Below are positions 26,390 through 37,020 of a stretch of DNA of 64,000 nucleotides, piece by piece. The stretch lies in the NCBI GenBank assembly GCA_904063045.1, contig CAJFCJ010000018.1:310001-374000 (forward strand). Reading direction: 5' to 3'. This DNA comes from Dimorphilus gyrociliatus. Lineage: Eukaryota > Animalia > Annelida. Position 1 is the stretch's first letter; each line of letters begins with the position of its first letter. The position numbers were made by a program, and so were the translations under genes. The notes under the pieces were generated by a model that was not told the origin of the DNA, searched no databases, and saw nothing but the letters and a program-made list of their open reading frames with translations.

Positions 26390-28783
26390 ATGTTGTACGT
26401 TGTGAGCCAGTTGCTTCTGGCGGCTGCCGTGTTATGCACACCACAACAGGATGATTTACTAAATTTCATATACACTCAGACTTTGCAGGAAGGCAACTGT
26501 AATATTACGACGATCGTTCCAAGAGCTGACTTCAATCGAACGCTTTTCAATTTGACTCTGGATGAAAGATTTGCCCAGCAGAGTCGGCAAGCTGTATCTA
26601 CTGCGAACTTTCTAACAGGTCTTTTGAGGCACTTTGATTATTCTTTTACAGCTGGAAAGAAAAATCCAATTTTGAAAGACATCTATACACACCAACTGCT
26701 CACTAATGTTCTATCAGATGAACTGGTGCTCGGAGCAGGAATTGCAGCTCGAACATTAAAAAAATCAAAAAAGTCAAAAAATTGGGGATATGATTACTTC
26801 CCCTATGTTCGTCGTAGTAATAATGGCAAAGTTGATATTTTAACAGTAGAAGAGGATAGTTTAAAATGTCCAAGTGTACAGGGATGGTACCTAGGCTGGA
26901 TGTGTGATGAAATGAAAAAAGATGATATCTTCGTGAGGCGTCGAGCAGGACAAGGATGTAGCCCTTTAGCAGGCTCCTTGAATATTAGTAAAGTCATACC
27001 AGTCTATTCAGGAACTTGGTACGGTCCATACAGGGATAAGCGGGCAGAGAAGTTATGTTCTTGGAAAGTTAGCTACGTGGTTCCAATCTATACTTGCTTA
27101 AAACCGAACGCAAAGAACTTGTTGTCTCTTAATGGTCTGCTCTACGTTGACGTAGATTTGAAACATTTAGATATCAATCAATGTTCTCCGAATGGTCCAT
27201 TTGGATCAAGTCACCGATGCAAAGGCAATTCGGTATGCAATCATCAAGCTGGACGGGGCTTCACCGTCGGTTCCTACTCCTGCAAATGTGGAAATACCAC
27301 CTACGAAGGGTCAAAAATAGAGGCCAGTTATAGCGAGTACTTAAGAAAGAAGTCGGCTGATTATGAAAAGCTATTTCTTTGTGAAAGGCAGATTAACTGT
27401 TGCCAGCACGACTACAATTCCTTGAGTCGAGGAATCCCTCTCTGCATTCAAGGACTTTGCATTTTAATCGTATTCGTGCTAGCCGTTTACGTTATCAGGT
27501 GGAGGAAAAAGAAAGTTATGAAGAGTTCAATGTGGCTGATTCTACTGATGGTTTTATTTGGATGCGTGTTATTGTATTCTTCCGTTATACTCCTCTTTTT
27601 TCAGCCGTCTGTGCCTACATGTTTGCTGATTCCATGGCTTCGTGAGATAGGATTCTCTATTGTTTACGGTGCACTAATTCTCAAAATTTATAAGTGAGTT
27701 TCAGATTTATTTTATTCTCTTTCTAACCTTCTTGTTTTTTAAAGGGTATTAGCGGAATTTCAATCAAGGAACGCTCATAGGGTACATATCAGAGACAGAG
27801 ACATGCTCAAGTATCTTGCAGTCGTTGTGCTAGTCGTCGTAGGATACTTATCAGCCTGGACGGCCGTAAGCGTTGATAATGTCGCTCAACATGGCGTAAA
27901 TTCTTCTATAGACCTAGTCAACAACACTATTGGATCATATACGATGTGTAAAGCACATTGGTGGGATTATGTTATTGAATTCGCTGAATTTTTCTTCCTT
28001 TGCTTCGGCATCTACCTATGCTACTGTTCGAGATCGGCCTACTCCGATTATTCTGAGAGCAGATATGTTAGCTACGCTATTTATAACGAAACATTTTTCT
28101 CGGTTATGCTTCATATTTCAAGGCATTTTATTTGGGAAAATGTTCACCCAGATTATGTGTTTATCCTTTACTTTTTACACTGTCAATTTACCGTTACGGC
28201 AACTTTGGTATACGTGTTTGCTCCTAAGGTGAGACAACAATTCTATAGTTTGATTATTTTTGCACAAATTATTTCGTTGCCTTTCCAGTTCTGGTACATC
28301 AATTGGCCACCAGATGAAGAACATTTCCGGCAAAGGGCGTATTCTTCTTCTGAAGTTGGTGGTGATACGGTTCTTCCATCTGAAGCCATGAGATTAAACG
28401 TAGGGGTCTCTTCCAACGGGGATGTTGATATAGGAGATATAACAATAGGCGATATGGACCCTGAAGATATTCGAGCAGAACTGAAGCGACTCTATACTCA
28501 ATTACAAATCCTGAGAACAAAAACTATGCGAAAAGGCAATCCGCACATTAGTAAACGGCGTGGTGGAAGAAAACAAACCCACAGGAGATTCTCTCTTCAG
28601 GCATTCCATTATAAGCACAAGCACGCAGCGCATTCGCATGCGGACACGCATGAACACGAAATGAGTAAGACGCCTGAGGAATCGACCAACAGCGCCGAAG
28701 GAGTTAGTATGGCTATTGATAAGGAAGATATGCCATCTGCTACGGTAACTTTTAGGTCTAATCAAAGGTCGTCTGCTTGCTAA
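26390..28783 (+). CDS. GPR158/GPR179-like orphan class C GPCR; introns 27694-27744 and 28229-28288
   Basis: Signal peptide, Cache-like ectodomain (AVSTANFLTGLL, WYGPYRD, CKGNSVC), 7TM (CLLIPWLREIGFSIVYGALILKIYK|VLAEF, SESRYVSYAIYNE), and the C-terminal EDIRAELKRLYTQL...NPHISKRR motif typical of GPR158/179. Confidence 0.9.
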
Positions 28784-30018
28784 ACTATAACGAACTGCTG
28801 ATCTATATTTAATCATTCAACAAACAGTATTCATTTATCCTCTTGTAGATTCAAATTCATACTCATGATGGTATCGATACACACATAATCTTTATCAAAT
28901 AAATAAATATTATCGGTTACAGAAACACTTTTAAACATACATACTCTCATATACACACTCCATAATTAACTTGTACATTCATTAGTCTTTTTAAATTTAC
29001 TGATCAAAAGAAAGGTTATATTTCAAACATGTTTTGGTAAAAAGATTAGTGTTTTTTCATATATTTTTATATTATTTTATTACTCAATATTATATTTATT
29101 CATTTATTTTTAAAATATTTATAAGTATATGCAATATATATATTAGATATATATATACTGCATATATCATTATATCCTATGTACATATTGTATATGTCAA
29201 ATTTATTATAATAATTATTATTGTTATTATAAAATATTTTTTTGTCAGTTTAATTAATTAAATATGTTTTTATCCATAATTAAAATAAAGTTAACTGATT
29301 AACAGTGTTTTGTTATGAGCACGCTAAATATAATTAGTCTATGTTTTTATCAAATATTTATAATTCATATTACTTTTTACAAGTTCAAAATATGAATCAA
29401 TTGGAAAGAGTTTTTATGGCAAGGAAAATGTGACTTTTCTTTGAATTGACAATTGTTAGAACTAGATTATAGATCTTGGAGATGGTAGTTCGAAACAGCC
29501 GAAATCGAATTATGTAGATAGGATTTTTTTAAGGTTAGTTTTTTGAAAGAATAATAGGTTGGAAATAAATTAGGCTCTGATAGCAATAGCATTTATTACC
29601 TTTATTTTACTCTTTGCAGTAGAAATATTTGCAACACAGATGGCACTACTAAACAAAATGCTCTTGAATTCTAATATTTGAGTGAATTACTAGAGCATAT
29701 GATTTTGAGATTACAGAAATTTTACAAAATATAGCTGAGTTTGAATATTCTTGCCCTCGATATAAAACATATTAACCAAGAAATTGGAGTCGATACACCA
29801 AATATTATTAACGCCCATTGACATAGCATGAACTTTTATTTAAAGTAGTAGTCTCTATGTCATTATGTTAAATTTTGACAGTGTCAAGACTAGGAATGTA
29901 TATGAGAACATCTTTAAAGGAATTAGTGTTACAGTAGCGTTTTTTGTTTTAAATCTGTTTGATAGTTGTATTTATGTAAAAAAACATATATATAATAAAT
30001 TCAGAATTTATGCATAAC

Positions 30019-32218
30019 TCAAGCCCAAAAACCATGTAAAAATATTGCTACTCCTACACAGACTGCTGCACCGAGGTCCAAGAGGAGTTTTGACTTTGGA
30101 TCTTCTACAATAGAAGTCATTTTTTTAATTTCTTCTTTCGTAGGTCCTTCTTGAGAGTTAGAATTTTGATTTTGACCACAGACATATTTCAAAAGTAATT
30201 GCTTTATTCTTTGGCCTTTTGTTACTCTGTCAGGAGTTACATTCTCCTCGGTTTCTTCCACGATTTCTAAAGCATGTTAAGTTATAAAAGAATTTATAAG
30301 AAATAGTTTAATTACCCTTTTCAATAGGCTTAGCATTCTCATTCTCATTCTCATCCTCACTTTCTTCGGGAAATTCTTTATCATTTCTTGTCCAAAAGGT
30401 TGTTCTGTGTAATTTACGCATCGGTCTTGGTTTGGTTATAATACTTATTCCTACGAGAAGGAAAAGAGATAATCCACCCAAGATAATTGCAAAATGGAGA
30501 TAATGGACTTTTGAAATAATTGGCCATCTATTGTCTTTTTCAGTTGAACCACAAGGAGGACCCGGCATGGCGAATGTCATAATCATTCTTGCCAGTCCAA
30601 TAGTTATACAAATAAGCAGTGTCAAGAATGCAGCCATTTCAGTCGTTCTGTTCCAAAATATCCCGGCTAAAAATACCATTACAATAGGTGGAAGAATATA
30701 ACTGTAGATCTGCTGAATGTAATCCCAAAATTGAGATCCCTGAATATTTTCTAATATAGGTAGCCAAGCAATGCTAATTCCTATTAGCAAAACCGTAAAA
30801 AGTCTGCTTACTAACATCAACTCTTTCTCTTCAGCTCTTTTCCTGACCACACGCCAAATATCCATAGTGAAAACGGTAGTCGCCGAATTAAAAATTGAGG
30901 TCAATGACGAAATAAGAGCAGCTAAAAGAGCAGCTAGCATTAAACCTCTTACACCGATTGGCATTATGCGAACAACTAATAAAGGGTAAGCTATATTTGA
31001 GCATCCATTTACATTGCCACAAATACTCTTACAATCTTCGGGATCCGAACAAGCAATTTCATCAGGAAATAACACACGGCTTACCATTCCAGGAATTACA
31101 AAAAATAAAAAGGGAGTTATCTTTAAGAATGCAGCAAGCAAAACCCCTCCTTTAGCATGGCTAATGCTCTTAGCAGAGAGCGAACGTTGCACACATAATT
31201 GGTCAGTACACCAAGCATTTGTAGCAAGAATTGTTAGTCCAATAATCATTCCTAACCAAGGGTTATCTTCATCGAGAGGGCGAAAGATATTCCAAGCGTT
31301 CTCTTTTGGTAAGCCACATGTCAAATTATTACTATAGCTATTAAAATACGCTGTATTGTTCGAGTAAGACCTATCATATCTCCATCTTAAATTGGCAAAA
31401 CCACCAACTCGATTTAAGGATATTCCACTTAAAGCTGCTGATCCAGCAATAAGAATTACAGTTTGAATTGTGTCTGTCCACAAAACAGCTGTTAAACCTC
31501 CTCCGATCGTATAAATTGCTGTTACTGCCAATATAAGCACAACCGATAGATATAAATTCCAACCAAAAATTTGTCGCATAAATAAAGCGCCAGCAAACAT
31601 TTGACCAGCAACTTGTGATATTATTGTTAAAAGAGTATGAGCTATAGCCAAAACTAGGCGTATTCTTTTTCCACCAAACCTTTTCTGTAAATAATGAGGC
31701 ATTGTATAGCAGCCGCAAGCCCGATAAACAGGTAGAAATAACCATCCTAGAGCTACCAGCATAAACATTGCATGCCATTCAAACATAACAATTGAAATAC
31801 CTGAGGATGCTGCAGAGCCTGATTGAAATAAAAAATAGGGGTTAAAGTTAAACTTTAACGAAATATTTCATGTGACTATTTATTACCAGCTATGCCAATA
31901 AACATAGGTGCCCCCTGAAAGCGAAAATTTATAAATTATGACTTTCAAAATAAAAGAATTAGCGTTTAGTTTATATTTACAAACAATATTAGTTGCAAAT
32001 GTAGAAGCTCCTATTAAAAGCCAATTCGAACTCTGACCCGCTAAAAAATATCCTTGTGCGCTATCGGTACTTGCTTTACATGAAGCCTGTTTGTGAACAT
32101 GAACAATCAAAAGAATAGTTTAAGTATAATTTGTACTTACATATATCCCAACAGCAAACACAATTACAAAATAAAAGGCTATGATTAAGATATCTTGCCA
32201 CACAATGTTTACAGCCAT
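30019..32218 (-). CDS. SLC5A sodium:solute symporter (SGLT/SMIT-like), 5 coding exons
   Basis: Spliced N-terminus MAVNIVWQDILIIAFYFVIVFAVGIY|ASCK...GYFLAG...IGASTFATNI|GAPMFIGIA|GSAASSGISIVMFEW, the large exon in ORF 30308-31786, and the last exon ending ...LHGFWA*. Confidence 0.93.
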
Positions 32219-32536
32219 CCTTTTACTAAGTCGACTAAATGAGTTGACAACTGTTGTGGCTAATATATGACAATTACTGTTTGTATCTTTTAAAGATAAA
32301 TTAAAAATCAGTTGTATTTTCTAAACGGAAGATAAGATTACATAGATACAAATCAATAATATTAAATAAAACTTATTGCAATTATTATTATCTTATCTAG
32401 CAGTGATTATATATTCGAAATTTATTATGAAAACTGTTTCAAACTATCTCTTTGACATGCATGTTTTTTCACGTTTGTATATAATATGTTTGATATATAT
32501 TAATAAACTATCTCGCATTCGAATTGATTATTAGAT

Positions 32537-33632
32537 TCAGTTCTTTGAGAGTTCAGATTTTATATAGCGAAGAGCTATCTTTGCTGGCCTTTCTTCCCAT
32601 TCTTTAAGTGTAGTTTTCGTTTCAGAAATTTGATCGCTTTTCAATCTATCTAGTAGAGTTACACAAATTACGGCGCCTTTCACATTAGCTTGATGACACA
32701 TAGCTAAGAAACATAATGACTCCATTTCAATATTTCTTACACCTTTCTTATAAGCTTCAATTAAAAATGCCATTTTCTGATCTTGAGTATATCCGCAAAA
32801 TGCTCCATCCAGCCGAGCCTGTCCTGAAAAGAAGCCATAAAAAAAATCATATTTAATTAACATTTACCTTCGTAAAAATCATATGTGCACATGGTAGTTC
32901 CTCTCACACAATCAAATGTATCATCATCATTATGACAATTCAAAAGAGCCTCCACTATTTGCTGATTTACTATTGGATATTTTGAAATGATTTCTCCTAA
33001 AATAATTACTTCATATTTCTCTCTAAACAACCCATCAACAGCAGTGTCAGAAATAACCACAGTTCCAGGTTTCAAGCCTAACCCACCACAAGTCCCTAAA
33101 CGAAAAAAAGTCACCTTGTCTTGACAGCGTGCATGATACAGCAATTTTAAAATTTCGTGCATTACTATCGAAATTGATGGTGTTCCGATACCATGCTGTA
33201 ATTTTTTCGAGAAATTGATTATTTTATGGAATACTTATGAAGAAACAACTTACACTAGCTATCAAAACAGGTCCTGCTTTAAAAAGGGCGTATCGATCTG
33301 TTTCGCTTGCTAAATTAATGCATGGTGTTTTAATACCCAATTCCGATGCAATAAATTGTGCAAATTTTTCCATTCGTTTGGAAGATCCTCCAACACATAC
33401 AAACTTGAAATGTTTAAGAAAATAATTTTTACAAATAGCAAGTACAGCAAATAAAACTTTAAATAGAATATACTTTTATATCCTGAAACATTTCCTTGAA
33501 ATTATGAGTTCTAGTAGATAAAGCCAAATGATACAAATTGTCTGATGTCATATTTCTTATTAGATCGTTTTTTATTTCCAAATGAGGTGCTTCACCTTTT
33601 AACTTCAGAATATCTTCATTTATGTTTTCCAT
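32537..33632 (-). CDS. UPP1: Uridine phosphorylase (UPP1/UPP2-like)
   Basis: DNLYHLALSTRTHNFKEMFQDIK|FVCVGGSSKRM...DRYALFKAGPVLIAS|..HGIGTPSISIVMHEILKLL...FFRLGTCGG...DFYEG|QARLDGAFC...RNIEMES; ATG 33632, first exon 53 codons. Confidence 0.93.
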
Positions 33633-33838
33633 ATCTTGTACACTTCTTTAAATCGTTAAGAGAGTATCTGATGAATAACTTAATATTCTGTTAAAAACTT
33701 AACGGTTATTTGTTGAATGTTTTTAAGGTTTTAATAGGTAAAATATTACTCAAAGATGGAAAATAGGATTCGGTCCTCAACACTGAAATACTAGTGTTTC
33801 ATCTGGCCTTATATCCAATACATCGTAAATATTTACCA

Positions 33839-33853
33839 AGACCAGATGGCGCT
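33839..33853 (+). promoter_or_regulatory. CTCF-like motif, forward (AGACCAGATGGCGCT)
   Basis: Two mismatches to consensus; upstream of UPP, facing the Dlx domain. Confidence 0.45.
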
Positions 33854-34498
33854 TAAATTGTCACATTAGTATTAAATGTTGTTTCGGGAAAAATCGTAAA
33901 CATGTAAACAAAAAGAAGAAAGACATTAACAATCATGAAGGTCATCAAATTATCTACTTTAGAAATATTCGTAAAAACTATGTAAATTTTCAAAGATATT
34001 ATCTAATTATTTAAAATGAGTTAGTAGAAATATCTTGTGTAAAAATTAAGTTTCGTTTCTACTTGACAAAAGCAATGATAACCATCTGACAATAACATTT
34101 GACAGATAAATTGTAACTTAAGAATTATAGTCAAATAAACAATGCATTTTCAAGAGCTAAGAGGGTCAATGGTACTTTTCACCCCTCAAATGCTATCTTT
34201 TAAAATAGTTTACAATTGTCTCCTATTATTTGTTAACGGAATTATAGGAGACAACGAAATTTTTATTTAAAAATTTCATCTTGTAAAAAACTCATTCAAG
34301 CCGGTATAAATTTAAAATTTGTTATTGTTTGGAAATACAGAAATAACTTTCAGAATATGTTTTCAATTGATTTCTCATACAAAAAGATGATATTATTTCT
34401 ACCAAATAATAGTCATATTGTCAAATTAGTGTAGTATTTTACATTTGAAAGTATATCCAAAGTTTAATTTAAATGTTAAATTACTACGATATTTACTT

Positions 34499-34535
34499 CC
34501 GCAAGATGGCACAAAACAAAATCGCCACCTAGTGG
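34499..34535. promoter_or_regulatory. CTCF doublet: forward CCGCAAGATGGCAC (34499-34512) plus perfect reverse CCACTAGGTGGCGA (34522-34535)
   Basis: One perfect and one 1-mismatch consensus site 9 bp apart at the UPP/Dlx junction. Confidence 0.7.
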
Positions 34536-34602
34536 GTAGTATGCAATGTCCATATATTTACCCATGATTTAAGCATGCTAAAAATGTGTGTTTTATTCAC
34601 AC

Positions 34603-34629
34603 TATATATATATATATATATATATATAT
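34603..34629. repeat. (TA)n microsatellite, about 13 units
   Basis: Directly visible. Confidence 0.9.
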
Positions 34630-36973
34630 CAACACTTATCAAGTCGGTTTTAAATATTTTGATCTTAAAAACTAAAACTGAGAAATTGCTAGGTATAAAG
34701 GAAGCGGAGAAGCGGCAGGTGCATGAGTTGATCGTTGGACCATTCATGTCACGGCGAATAGCAACTACCTATTTGGAGATGAAGGGTCAACAACTGTATA
34801 CCTTGTTGCGTCTTAACGCTTTTCTACTTATTCTACACAGTACACTTTAAGAAAAATGCTTCTAAAATATGCGAAAGTTCCATCATAACAGATTTCAGCT
34901 CTTTCTTCTACCGCTCGATAAAGGTAGATGATGCTGTAATAACTAACTGATTTAGACAATATGAGCTCGGTGCACAAAGCTATCTACAAAATCATTATGA
35001 CGTCATCCAGAGTTCTTTCCATCCGTATTATGCAATAAGAAGAGCCTTGTTTTATGATAAATGCTCCTAAAATCTGCAAATATCGACCGCATAGTATAAA
35101 TGGACGCAAAGTAGAACTCTAGCCACGCCTTCTCCTAGTTTCCCTAGTAACAAGGCCATTTAAGCGACGAAATCGAATGCTAAAATTGCATGTTAGTATA
35201 TTGACATAATTCTTTAACTCGCTTTCGCTTTCATGCTATTGGTGCCTCAATCGATTGGATAAAAATTGCATTTCCTAATGTTTTCAGCTTATCTCATAAC
35301 GAGTTTAGCGTGTATACACACGCATTCAGCGTCAATGATACATTAAATAGTCATATATACCAAAGAAAAAAACATCTTTGATGCGAACGTTTGACACTTT
35401 ATCGACATTGCGCGTGACAGTTTGTCGACGCCCTGCAACTGTAAAAGTCAGTGTCAAATACATCTAGATAAGTTTTTGGAACTGAGCAAAGTTTATCTTT
35501 GTAAAAAGCTGCTGAAAGATTATATTTATATTCTTGTGGAAGACGTATTTCAACCACTTTACAAACATTTGAACTAGATTGCAGATAGTATATTTATCTT
35601 AAAATATTTTTTGAATGACAATGTTTTTACGTCCAACTCCTTCAAAATCTTCATAAAAACAAATACAATTATTTGACCTGTATTACTGAATTTCCAATTC
35701 TTTAACATATATGAGACATTATTTTTTATTTATGATAGAGTAATATTTTTATTTGTATTTTAATGAAGAATTCACACATATTTTAAAACTGATAAAAATT
35801 TTTGTAAAAAAGGATAATTACAAAAAATATCCTTAGAAATCAGAGATGAAGTTTTTCTTAAATAGGAAGAAAGCTTTGATTTTTTAAAGCTTTTCATAAA
35901 AGAGATAGAATGCTGCAACGACTTATTGACTAGCGATTTACGGCCAAAAATGACTGTAAATTACCGGCGTAAGAGCTACTTTCGTCAGTAATTTTCTAGA
36001 AACAAAGTATTATGATTAGTCGAAATAACTGCAGTGAATTGTAGAAAATTAAATAAATAGCGGTTGTTGGTGATAGTTTAGGCTCCGATAGCTGCTAATC
36101 TATGCCTTTACAATCACTTAGATTGCAGCCTCATCATTAGTACGTGATTTTGCAGTCTCATTCTCTACTTATATACCACTCCGACCTCAGTTCATTTCCA
36201 GTTGCAATCCGGATAAAGTCAGGAATATAAGGCTTCGATGCACGGATAATATCAACGAAGGAGCGAGTACACCTAAATATACATCACCCAGATTCACTTA
36301 AAAAATAATGATAGTGTAGTAAAAAACACTGATGAAAAATGGATAAAGAAGGTATCAGTATATCTCTTTATTTGAATATTTTGTCACAGTACCTTCTAGA
36401 TTACACTTTTGTTGGGTTAAAAGCAATTACACAAATAATCCGATTTCTTAAAACTTAAAATAACTAGATACGTTTGGTCATTCATACGGATAATATAAAT
36501 TAGCTAATAAGAATTAGCTTAATTTATAAGCTTTTTTCTCAACGTATTCAAGCATCTTCCGTAAATATCATACTTTGGGAAAATATTCTTATAGTTTTCT
36601 ATACATTTAGTTGCAACTTTAAGCTACTCATTGTGAATACGATTGAAAGTATATCGCCTTCTACAAGCCAACTTTGTCCGTTCATTCAGTAGAGCGGTTA
36701 CCAACTGCAAAGATCCGCACTGCAAAACTTTTTTCTCTCAAAACAGTCCAAACCAGGAAAACAAGGATAATATTTTCTATAAAGTATAGAATAGTAAAAG
36801 TAAGTGTAGTTACACTTTGTTTATTATAAAACCAAAGTCCAAAAAAATACGTTTTTATGAAACATAAACGCGAATATCAACATATGAAATACATTTACAA
36901 GTATACGAAATAAATACACAAAAATATTATTTCGACTACATTTTTCGTTTGCGTGGGCCATTTAAAGCCCTCG

Positions 36974-37020
36974 TTTATATACCTTGATGACGTCATAGCT
37001 AATGAGTGCGTATGACGTCA
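36974..37020 (-). promoter_or_regulatory. CRE-CRE-TATA promoter-like module with no recognised downstream CDS
   Basis: TGACGTCA at 37013 and 36988, then TATATAAA on the minus strand at 36981-36974. Confidence 0.45.

Noticed and set aside
29390-29820. Exon-like fragments (DLGDGSSKQPKSNY..., AYDFEITEILQNIAEFEY) and a weak CTCF-like ACAGATGGCAC between GPR158-like and SLC5A
   Set aside because: Could not be joined into a stop-free model; the motif 5' half matches poorly.
32484-32500. ATATGTTTGATATAT resembling miR-190
   Set aside because: Seed mismatched, no hairpin partner, AT-rich UPP 3' UTR context.
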